Positions 51,357-59,774 of a stretch of DNA of 64,000 nt are shown piece after piece. The notes beneath the pieces are model-generated. The model saw nothing but the letters and a program-made list of their open reading frames with translations. It was not told the origin of the DNA and did no database searches. Numbering within the stretch: position 1 is the stretch's first letter; the number at the start of each line of letters is the position of its first letter. The translations under genes were made by a program, and so were the position numbers. This DNA comes from Bacteroidales bacterium. GTDB taxonomy: Bacteria > Bacteroidota > Bacteroidia > Bacteroidales > VadinHA17. The stretch is taken from positions 294,122 through 358,121 of the forward strand of contig JAIVHO010000031.1 of the NCBI GenBank assembly GCA_020201035.1. Direction: 5' to 3'.

Positions 51357-52601
51357 TTACTCATACCTCAATGCCTCAATAGGATCAACCCTGGCAGCCC
51401 TTACTGCCGGGAAGTAACCCGAGACTACTCCCACTCCAAAACAGAGTGCTACACCACCCAGAACCCATTTCCAGGGGATGAAAAAACTGGTACCAAGTGC
51501 TGATGCAATAATATTTCCTATCAGTATACCAAGTATTATTCCCATTATGCCCCCTAACTGCCCTATCATAACCGACTCAAAAAGAAACTGTTGCCTTATA
51601 GTGCCGGTTTTGGCACCCAGGGCCTTTCGGACACCTATCTCCCTTGTCCGCTCGGTAACCGAGACAAGCATGATATTCATCAGCCCCACCGCAGCCCCAA
51701 AGAGGGTAATCAATCCAATAATGGTGGCGGCCAGCGTAACAAATTTTATATTTTCAAGCAGAAGTCTGGCAATCTGGTCGCTCTTAGAGATATTGAAATC
51801 CGACTGATCCTTCGGGTCAAGCCCGCGTATTACCCTGAACAGACCCTCCGCTTCTCCTGCCATGACATCAATATTAATCCCTGAATATGGCAAAACATTT
51901 ATTGTGAATCGCTGTCCCGCACGTGAGAAATAGTTCCTGGCAGTTGTAATTGGCATAAGCGCAATATTGTCACCGGCAATAATGCTTGCTCCCTTCTGCT
52001 CAAGAACACCCACAACCCTTAACCTGACTCCTGCTATCGTCACAATCCTGTCAACAGGATCTATATCCCCCTTAAAAATTGCTTTGGAAACATCATTACC
52101 AATAAGTACAATATTCCGGTTATTCTCAATCTCCTCAGGGGTAAAATTACGACCCCTGGCAACCCGGTAGCCTGCAACAGCCAGATAATTCTCATCCACT
52201 CCGCTTACCTGTACAATCGGATTTGTCTCATTTTCCCTGTATGATACCCGTACCATAGAACCTATCCCCGTTGAAACCGAAACCATGGCAGGCTTTGTAA
52301 AACGCTCCCTGAACTCAGTTGCTTCCCGGTATGATATGTAAGGCTGGTTTCTGACTCTGGTCCTGGAATTACCTATCACAACATTCATACCCTGACTGGT
52401 AATTGCAAAACTGTTTGCTCCCATTGTCGCAAACTGACTTGTAAGTGAACCTTTTATCGCATCAATGGCCGTCAATATACCTACAAGTGCCATTATTCCG
52501 AATGCAATAATAGCCATTGTAAGTACAGCCCTTACCCTGTTCGATCTGATAGCCCTTACCGAGATCCTGAGATTCTCACTATAAACCCTTAAAGATGACA
52601 T
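51357..52601 (-). CDS. ABC transporter permease, MacB/FtsX family
   Basis: An N-terminal TM helix, a MacB-like periplasmic domain, and a C-terminal FtsX 3-TM module ([15 protein letters not shown]). Confidence 0.88.
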   Translation of the reverse strand: MSSLRVYSENLRISVRAIRSNRVRAVLTMAIIAFGIMALVGILTAIDAIKGSLTSQFATMGANSFAITSQGMNVVIGNSRTRVRNQPYISYREATEFRERFTKPAMVSVSTGIGSMVRVSYRENETNPIVQVSGVDENYLAVAGYRVARGRNFTPEEIENNRNIVLIGNDVSKAIFKGDIDPVDRIVTIAGVRLRVVGVLEQKGASIIAGDNIALMPITTARNYFSRAGQRFTINVLPYSGINIDVMAGEAEGLFRVIRGLDPKDQSDFNISKSDQIARLLLENIKFVTLAATIIGLITLFGAAVGLMNIMLVSVTERTREIGVRKALGAKTGTIRQQFLFESVMIGQLGGIMGIILGILIGNIIASALGTSFFIPWKWVLGGVALCFGVGVVSGYFPAVRAARVDPIEALRYE

Positions 52602-53230
52602 AGACAGTTATTGTAATCTAATCTATAAAACTACAAACAAATTTCAAAAATATCATCATTCAGTAAAAGATTTAACCTTGTACAAATAATTGTATTCCTT
52701 ATGATTTGCCTGCTAATAAGTATATTATCCACCTCCAAATCAATCATATCCTTTCTCCGAAAGACCATGCAGTGGCCCGATTAACCCGAGCTCCTGACTT
52801 CCATCCCGGAATTACCGGGCAACAAAAGATCTCAAATGAATATCCCTCGTATGTCTCTATTAAACAGCGTCTATTATATTTATTTTAATTTTTTTATTAA
52901 ATAATTAACTTTTTAGTTGTATAACTAATAGTTTCGTTATAACTTTACATCAACAAATCTTAAATCTGCCCCTGAAAGAACAGGAAGTTCCAATACCATA
53001 AGAAGAATAACAATAACATCACCATAAGAAAAAGAAGACGAGCAATACCTAATACCGTAAGATGAATAACATTTTCAATAAAAACAGCAACTTATAGTAA
53101 TCACAGATATTAGCCGGTTACAGTGAAACTTCACCTCTTCCTGAGGTTAAACATACAGACAACAGATTTGAGTTACCAGATAATATAACAGCAGATAAGT
53201 TTAAGAACTTGCAGTAACAAATTAAAAACG

Positions 53231-53620
53231 ATGAAAATACGGGAACTAACAAAGGCGGAAGAGCAGGTTATGCACATACTCTGGGAGATCAGGGAAGGAT
53301 TTGTAAAGGATATCCTGGCCCGGTTTGATGAGCCCAGACCTGCCTATAACACCGTCAGCACAATTATCAGAATACTTCAGGAGAAGGGTTTTGTAAGCCA
53401 CAGGGCATATGGCCGTACTCACCAGTACTACCCTCTTGTTTCAAAGGAGGAGTACAGGGGTGAACATCTTTCAGGCTTTGTGCGCGACTATTTTTCCAAT
53501 TCATTTGAGAAGATGGTAAGCTCCTTTGCCCGTGACAGAAAGATCTCCACAAAAGAGATGGAGGAGATTATGAAAATAATGGAAAGTGAAATCAGGAAAC
53601 AGAAAGGGACAGAAAGATGA
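53231..53620 (+). CDS. BlaI/MecI/CopY family transcriptional repressor
   Basis: LTKAEEQVMHILW...PAYNTVSTIIRILQEKGFV winged helix. It overlaps the downstream M56 gene by 4 nt (ATGA). Confidence 0.88.
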   Translation: MKIRELTKAEEQVMHILWEIREGFVKDILARFDEPRPAYNTVSTIIRILQEKGFVSHRAYGRTHQYYPLVSKEEYRGEHLSGFVRDYFSNSFEKMVSSFARDRKISTKEMEEIMKIMESEIRKQKGTER

Positions 53621-54930
53621 AAGAATTTATTGATTACAATGTGGCATCGCTCTCCTATATGCTGCTATTTTACCTCTTCTACCAGATTATCCTGAGCAGC
53701 GATACAGAGTACAGACGCAACAGGTTCTATCTGCTCGCTACACTGCTGCTTTCACTGGTGCTCCCACTGGTGACCGTAAGGATCAATTCACCATTCCCTC
53801 TGGTGGATGCAGGAAATCGCATTCAGGAGATTATCTCCCTAGGTGAGGTGACCATTGTTCCGGGCAGCGAAACGGTAGGTTCAGACTCGCCGGTATCCAT
53901 ATTGCTAATGCTCTACCTTTCAGGTGCAGCTATTTCGGCATCCCTGCTGGCAATTGTGTTTATAAGACTGATGGCTATTAAAAGAAAAGGAACGCCTGCC
54001 GGGCCGGGCATCTATTCTGTCCCGTTGCGATCTTCGTCTGGATTCTCGGCGATGGGCCTGATCTTTATTGACAGCAGCCTCGATAAGGAAGCAAGGGAGA
54101 AGATTATTGAACATGAAAAGAAACATGTAAACCATAACCATTTCAATGATCTGCTGCTGGTAAGAATTATAGCAGTTATCTTCTGGTTCAACCCGATAGT
54201 CTATCTCTTCCTGCATGCCCTTAAATCGATTCATGAATTCCAGGTAGATGCCGAAGTGATTGAAAACGGCGAGGATATTACCAGTTACCGCCGGCTGATA
54301 TTGAACCAGGTATTTAATACTGAACTATTTACAATCCAAAGCGCCTTTTCAGGCCATACACCAATTAAAAAACGATTTATCATGATGACAAAAGAAAAAA
54401 GCGGAAAACTGTCAGGACTGAAGTTCCTGGCTCTGTTACCTGCATTTGCAGCACTCTTTATGCTCTTCTCATGCACAAATGATGTGATGGATGAAGAGAT
54501 GAATTCCGGTCCTGACGGCACACCGGCAGATGTTGAACTCACAGAAATTCCCAACACTGATGTAAAGCCTGTATCAACACCACCCAAATCGGGATTTGTC
54601 CCTGAAGGGGAGGTGATATTTGTTGTGGTTGAGGAGATGCCCACCTTTCAGGGAGGTGATGTTAAAAGGTTCAGGGAATGGGTTCAGACAAATGTAACCT
54701 ATCCGGAAATTGCGGCTGAGAATGGGATTCAGGGTAGTGTCTATGTATCCTTTGTGGTTAACACAGAAGGCAAGGTAGGCGATATCTGGATTATGAGAGG
54801 AGTGGATCCGTCGCTTGATAATGAAGTTATCCGAACCATTGAGCAATCTCCTGACTGGATACCAGGCAAACAGAGAGGAGCCGAGGTCAACGTCCGCTTC
54901 TCGATCGCTGTTAATTTTCAACTCGAGTAA
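53617..54930 (+). CDS. BlaR1-like M56 metallopeptidase sensor fused to a TonB C-terminal domain
   Basis: Four or more TM segments, HEKKH (HExxH), and a C-terminal FVVVEEMPTFQGGD...YPEIAAENGIQGSVYVSFVV...G TonB-C fold. Confidence 0.85.
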   Translation: MKEFIDYNVASLSYMLLFYLFYQIILSSDTEYRRNRFYLLATLLLSLVLPLVTVRINSPFPLVDAGNRIQEIISLGEVTIVPGSETVGSDSPVSILLMLYLSGAAISASLLAIVFIRLMAIKRKGTPAGPGIYSVPLRSSSGFSAMGLIFIDSSLDKEAREKIIEHEKKHVNHNHFNDLLLVRIIAVIFWFNPIVYLFLHALKSIHEFQVDAEVIENGEDITSYRRLILNQVFNTELFTIQSAFSGHTPIKKRFIMMTKEKSGKLSGLKFLALLPAFAALFMLFSCTNDVMDEEMNSGPDGTPADVELTEIPNTDVKPVSTPPKSGFVPEGEVIFVVVEEMPTFQGGDVKRFREWVQTNVTYPEIAAENGIQGSVYVSFVVNTEGKVGDIWIMRGVDPSLDNEVIRTIEQSPDWIPGKQRGAEVNVRFSIAVNFQLE

Positions 54931-55094
54931 CAGTAAAGCTGTCGCCGGAAAGTCATTGACCCGACACCAGTCACAATATGGCTGCCCCGTTGAGTCATCA
55001 ACCGGCAGACGCTGCCACATGTCTGTCATCCGGGAAATGTTACCGGCTGTACAATGACCAGCAAGCAGCACCACCTGCCTCGGAGAAAACATCA

Positions 55095-55127
55095 GAGCCA
55101 GCCTTAAGGCAGGCTCTTTTCTTTTTT
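55095..55127 (+). terminator. intrinsic terminator downstream of the blaI-blaR1 pair
   Basis: GAGCCAGCC-TTAA-GGCAGGCTC (one mismatch) followed by TTTTCTTTTTT. Confidence 0.6.
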
Positions 55128-55139
55128 CACCCCTTTGGG

Positions 55140-55147
55140 TATCTTTG
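55140..55147 (+). promoter_or_regulatory. candidate -7 box (TATCTTTG) for the luxC-like gene
   Basis: A perfect TAnnTTTG match 173 nt upstream of the ATG. No clean -33 TTTG sits at the expected spacing (a T-rich stretch is there instead). Confidence 0.4.
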
Positions 55148-55220
55148 CCATAAATTGCAGAAGCAGGAGCAAAAAGAAAATACATTACACAATACAACTC
55201 AACAGGAAAAAACATAGAAT

Positions 55221-55320
55221 AGCAGAACCAATTGCAGAATAGCAGAACCAATTGCAGAATAGCAGAACCAATTGCAGAAAAGCAGAACCAATTACAGATA
55301 AGCAGAACCAATTACAGATA
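55221..55320 (+). repeat. 20-bp tandem repeat, 5 copies, ending exactly at the luxC-like start codon
   Basis: AGCAGAACCAATTGCAGAAT x3, then AGCAGAACCAATTACAGATA x2. Unit starts are 55221, 55241, 55261, 55281 and 55301, and the ATG is at 55321. Confidence 0.95.
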
Positions 55321-56349
55321 ATGAAACTGGTTGAACGGATAGAACCCTTTATCATACTGGGTGAGATAATGGCAGAAGCAGCATCGGCCGAACCATCCTC
55401 AGCAAGAGCTGTAGATTTGAGGAAGAAAATGGACTCAATGGTACAGTACAACAGGTGGTTCACTCCTGAAAATGTCAAAATAGCTGTTGAGGCAATATCG
55501 GGCGTGCTTACATCAGAAAAAATAACCCGGTGGCTTGAGCCTTATGACCTCAGCGGAGAGCATAAACCGCTCACGGTAGGAGTAATTATGGCAGGCAATA
55601 TCCCGCTGGTGGGGTTTCATGACCTTATCACGGTACTGCTGTCCGGCAATATGATAAAGGCAAGGATCAGCTCACGGGATCCTGAGCTGATGGAGAGTAT
55701 TATTAAAATACTTATAGAAGAAGAGCCGCGTTTTAAGCCTATAATTGAAATAACAGGAGAAAATCCTGTTGGTACGGAGGCTGTTATCGCAACAGGGAGC
55801 GATAATACCTCAAGGTATTTTGAATATCATTTCGGCAAAAGTCCTCACCTTTTCAGAAAAAACCGCTCCTCATTAGCTGTCCTGGATAGTGATACCACCA
55901 GGGATGAATTAACTCTTCTCGGGAATGATATATTCAGTTTCTTCGGGCTCGGATGCAGGAATGTATCCAGTCTATTGATTCCTGCCAACTTCGACAAATC
56001 ACTGCTCACAGAAGCATGGGAGAGTCACGGCAATCTGGCAGATCATCACGGCTGGCAAAACAATTACATATATGAAAAGGCACTCTCAACGGCAGCAGGG
56101 AAGAGATTCACAGACGGAGGATTCTTTATCCTGAGGGAGTCACCTGTGGTAACATCGCCACTTGCAGTAATCCATTATAATAGCTACCAGCACCCTGACT
56201 CTGTAAGGCAGATCATTGACCACGACCGTGATAAAATCCAAACCATTGTCGGGAAAGGACTTACACCGTTCGGCAGGGCTCAGTTTCCCGAACTATGGGA
56301 TTATGCTGATAATATTGACACAATGCGGTTTTTATTGAACATTAAATAA
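55321..56349 (+). CDS. LuxC-like acyl-CoA reductase family protein
   Basis: 342 aa from MKLVERIEPFIILG. GVIMAGNIPLVGFHD is typical of the Bacteroidota acyl-CoA reductase (LuxC) family as I recall it. The longest ORF (55252) would translate the repeat array. Confidence 0.65.
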   Translation: MKLVERIEPFIILGEIMAEAASAEPSSARAVDLRKKMDSMVQYNRWFTPENVKIAVEAISGVLTSEKITRWLEPYDLSGEHKPLTVGVIMAGNIPLVGFHDLITVLLSGNMIKARISSRDPELMESIIKILIEEEPRFKPIIEITGENPVGTEAVIATGSDNTSRYFEYHFGKSPHLFRKNRSSLAVLDSDTTRDELTLLGNDIFSFFGLGCRNVSSLLIPANFDKSLLTEAWESHGNLADHHGWQNNYIYEKALSTAAGKRFTDGGFFILRESPVVTSPLAVIHYNSYQHPDSVRQIIDHDRDKIQTIVGKGLTPFGRAQFPELWDYADNIDTMRFLLNIK

Positions 56350-56442
56350 ATTTTTACAGTCAGTAAATAATACCGGTTGCCTTACCGTTTTTTATAAAAA
56401 TTAATTACTTTTCGCCGCCGTAAAACAGAAGGAATACCACTT

Positions 56443-56964
56443 ATGATCTACAGATTTGTAGCAATTTCAGACGAAGAAGATTCGTTTATCAGGGAGTTTG
56501 AACTTAAAGAAACAGATAACCTGCTTGATTTTCACAATGCACTACAGGAGGAGCTGGAATATGACATGAGTCAGATGGCCTCTTTTTTCACGGCTTCAAA
56601 AAAATGGGAGAAAGAGGAAGAATTCACCCTTTTCGAAATGGGCCCCGGAACCTCCCTGATGGAGGCTGTTACCATTGATGATATTGTTATTGACAAAAAC
56701 CAGAAACTACTCTATATATTTGATCAGTTTAACGAGAGGGCACTTTTTCTTGAAGCCACAGGAACAACAGACGAGATAGATGGAAGAGAGTATCCCTCAT
56801 GCACCCGCTCGCAGGGGAAACCACCAAAGCAGGTGCAGTTTGCCAATTTTATAGACCCTGTGATCAAAATTGACGCAGGCTTTGAAGATGAAGACGATAA
56901 TGATCTTGCTGATGATCCTGACCTTTCCGATCTCGAGGGACTGGAAGAGGAAGATGAGATTTAA
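56443..56964 (+). CDS. hypothetical protein with an extremely acidic C-terminal tail
   Basis: A 173-aa ORF with the tail FEDEDDNDLADDPDLSDLEGLEEEDEI. No confident family assignment. Confidence 0.55.
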   Translation: MIYRFVAISDEEDSFIREFELKETDNLLDFHNALQEELEYDMSQMASFFTASKKWEKEEEFTLFEMGPGTSLMEAVTIDDIVIDKNQKLLYIFDQFNERALFLEATGTTDEIDGREYPSCTRSQGKPPKQVQFANFIDPVIKIDAGFEDEDDNDLADDPDLSDLEGLEEEDEI

Positions 56965-56983
56965 CAGATCCTTCCTGACATAA

Positions 56984-57886
56984 ATGCAACATAACCTGAT
57001 TGTTATAACTGGCGCTACCGGTACCGGCAAAACCGGTATAGCGGCGGATGTAGTGCGCGCAATGCCAACAGAGATTATCTCGTGTGATTCCAGGCAGTTT
57101 TACCGTGAGATGAAAACAGGCACTGCCATGCCATCCACCCAACTGCTGCGTGAGATACCCCACCATTTTGTAGGGCATCTCTCTGTTACCGACAACTACA
57201 GTTCAAACCTGTTTGAAAAGGATGTGCTCAACCTTCTGCCCTCCCTCTTTAAAAAGTACGGCTTTGCTGTTATGACAGGGGGATCAGGACTCTATATTGA
57301 CGCGGTAACAAAAGGAATTGACAATATACCTGATACAGACCCCGAAATCCGCAAACATTTTCAGAAGAGATATGAGAGAGAGGGAATAGAATCGCTCCGC
57401 AATGAACTCAAAAAAGCAGACCCTGTTCACTTCGCCCGTGTCGACCTGCAGAATTACAAAAGAATAATACGTGCTCTGGAGGTAACCGCCTCAGCAGGTC
57501 GTCCCTACTCCTCCTTCCTTGGTCAGAAGAGGGCAGGCCGTGACTTCCGTGTTATTATGACCGGAATACGCCGTACTCGTGATGATCTCTATGAAAGGAT
57601 TAACCGCAGGGTAGATGAGATGGTAGCGGCAAACCTTGAGGAAGAAGCAAGATCACTGCTGCCGTACAGGGAGTTTAACGCACTTAAAACAGTTGGCTAC
57701 AGGGAATTCTTCAGTTTTTTTGACGGTGATATTACCAGGGAGAAAGCAATTGAACTGATTAAAAGGAACAGCAGGCATTATGCCCGGCGGCAGGAGACAT
57801 GGTTTAAAAAATATGATGACATGAAATGGTTTACTCCCGAAGAAAAGGAGAGTCTGATAAGTTATATTTCTGAAAATATCAGGTAA
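56984..57886 (+). CDS. miaA: tRNA dimethylallyltransferase
   Basis: A P-loop (GATGTGKTG), DSRQFYREMKTGTA and a conserved length. Confidence 0.9.
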   Translation: MQHNLIVITGATGTGKTGIAADVVRAMPTEIISCDSRQFYREMKTGTAMPSTQLLREIPHHFVGHLSVTDNYSSNLFEKDVLNLLPSLFKKYGFAVMTGGSGLYIDAVTKGIDNIPDTDPEIRKHFQKRYEREGIESLRNELKKADPVHFARVDLQNYKRIIRALEVTASAGRPYSSFLGQKRAGRDFRVIMTGIRRTRDDLYERINRRVDEMVAANLEEEARSLLPYREFNALKTVGYREFFSFFDGDITREKAIELIKRNSRHYARRQETWFKKYDDMKWFTPEEKESLISYISENIR

Positions 57887-58532
57887 TATTCTTGAGTGAT
57901 TTTATCTTCTCCTCCACATTACCGGATTTGAAAACATAGCTCCCGGCAACCAGTACATCAACGCCTGCTTTAATTAGCTTACCGGCATTTGTCTTCTCCA
58001 CCCCCCCGTCTACCTGTATAAGGAAATCGTGTCCTCCGGCATCCCGCATCTCCTTAAGCTCCTTTATCCTGCTGTAGCTGTTACCTATAAATGTCTGACC
58101 GCCATAACCCGGATTAACGGTCATCAGAAGAACCATATCAACATACTCAAGTATATACTCAAGGGATTTTACAGGTGTATGAGGATTCAGTGAAACACCG
58201 GCCTTCATACCCCTCTCCCTGATATGATTTACCACCCTGTTCAGGTGTGTGCACGCTTCATAATGGACTGTCAGTATTGATGCTCCCGCATCAGCAAACC
58301 GGTCAATCCACCGTTCCGGCTCAATAATCATCAGGTGAACATCAAGAGGCTTTTCCGAAATCTTGCGAACAGCCTCAACAACAGAAAACCCAAAAGAGAT
58401 ATTGGGCACAAAAACCCCATCCATAATATCCAGATGCAGCCAGTCGGCATAACTCCGGTTTACACTCATAATATCCCTCTCCAGATTGCCGAAATCAGCC
58501 GCCAGAAGTGACGGCGAAACAAGATGACTCAT
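57879..58532 (-). CDS. rpe: ribulose-phosphate 3-epimerase
   Basis: SPSLLAADFGNLERDI, LHLDIMDG and VNPGYGGQ motifs. Confidence 0.95.
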   Translation of the reverse strand: MSHLVSPSLLAADFGNLERDIMSVNRSYADWLHLDIMDGVFVPNISFGFSVVEAVRKISEKPLDVHLMIIEPERWIDRFADAGASILTVHYEACTHLNRVVNHIRERGMKAGVSLNPHTPVKSLEYILEYVDMVLLMTVNPGYGGQTFIGNSYSRIKELKEMRDAGGHDFLIQVDGGVEKTNAGKLIKAGVDVLVAGSYVFKSGNVEEKIKSLKNIT

Positions 58533-58564
58533 TGTGTTGTGATCTATTGTTTTTTGATTCTATA

Positions 58565-59428
58565 TCACCCAAGGTAGGTCTTCAGAATTTTACTACGGGT
58601 AGTATACTGTATTCTCTTCAATGCCTTCTCCTTTATCTGCCTTACCCTCTCCCTGGTAAGGACAAGCTCCTCTCCTATCTCCTCCAGTGTCAGGGGATGC
58701 TTCATCCCTATCCCGAAGTAGAGTTTGATAACCTTTGCCTCCCGTGGCGACAGTGTACTTAATGCCCTCTCTATCTCATATGTCAGTGATTCATTCATAA
58801 GGTGCTTGTCGGGAGAGGGACTCTCATCAGCCTGAAGCACATCATACATATCATTATCCTCTTCATTGCTGATGGGAGCATCCATGCTTATAGTGCGGCC
58901 ATTTGACTTAATGACATCCTTTACCTCCTCCGGAGCCATATCCAGCACATCAGCGATCTCATTGGCTGAGGGCTCCCTTTCAAACTCCTGTTCCAGTTTG
59001 GCAAAAACCCTGTTGATCCTGTTAATTGATCCTATCTTGTTTACCGGAAGTCGCACAATCCTCGCCTGCTCGGCCAGTGCCTGCAGTATAGCCTGTCTTA
59101 TCCACCAAACCGCATATGAGATAAACTTAAACCCCCGTGTCTCGTCAAACCGCTGAGCAGCCTTTATAAGGCCAAGATTACCCTCATTGATAAGGTCGGG
59201 CAGACTCATACCCTGATTCTGGTACTGTTTTGCAACTGACACAACAAAGCGGAGATTTGCATTTACCAAAAGAGACAGCGCATCTCTGTCGCCACCCTTA
59301 ATACGCTTTGCCAGACTGACCTCCTCTTCAGGAGTTATCAGGTCTACCTTTCCTATCTCCTGGAGATACTTGTCCAGTGACGGTGTGTCCCTGTTGGTTA
59401 CCTGCTTTGTGATCTTTAACTGACGCAT
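58565..59428 (-). CDS. rpoD: RNA polymerase primary sigma factor (Bacteroidota sigma-A)
   Basis: A 287-aa form starting at [10 protein letters not shown], with regions 2-4 ([35 protein letters not shown]). The longest ORF adds 40 implausible residues. Confidence 0.93.
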   Translation of the reverse strand: MRQLKITKQVTNRDTPSLDKYLQEIGKVDLITPEEEVSLAKRIKGGDRDALSLLVNANLRFVVSVAKQYQNQGMSLPDLINEGNLGLIKAAQRFDETRGFKFISYAVWWIRQAILQALAEQARIVRLPVNKIGSINRINRVFAKLEQEFEREPSANEIADVLDMAPEEVKDVIKSNGRTISMDAPISNEEDNDMYDVLQADESPSPDKHLMNESLTYEIERALSTLSPREAKVIKLYFGIGMKHPLTLEEIGEELVLTRERVRQIKEKALKRIQYTTRSKILKTYLG

Positions 59429-59774
59429 ATTATCAGAACATAAAGCCGGGAGGTAGCCCGGCACTTCGTACAATGTTAATAAAAAAAAATGTTTAACAAC
59501 AATATGTGGATTAATTATATTGATTTTAAACAAGGCTATTATTATCATTAATTGAGGCTTTTAGATAAAATGCTACCCGAAAGTAATTTATGTTGCTTAA
59601 AATTTCCATCCATAACCTTGTAATATAGTGAGGTTTTATGTAATATTGCAACGGTTTTTGCAGCATAGATGTATTTATCGTTGCTACCCTGTTCTCAAGT
59701 CTGAAACAGGTTTTTTCAAATAAAAAGTAAGAATCAGGATTAATTCTAATTCAATTCCACCAAGTATTTAATTT

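Noticed and set aside
54574-55478. Minus-strand ORFs 54574-55311 (245 aa) and 55185-55478 (97 aa).
   Set aside because: The first overlaps the well-supported TonB C-terminal domain on the opposite strand. Both read through the 20-bp repeat array. Neither has a recognisable family.
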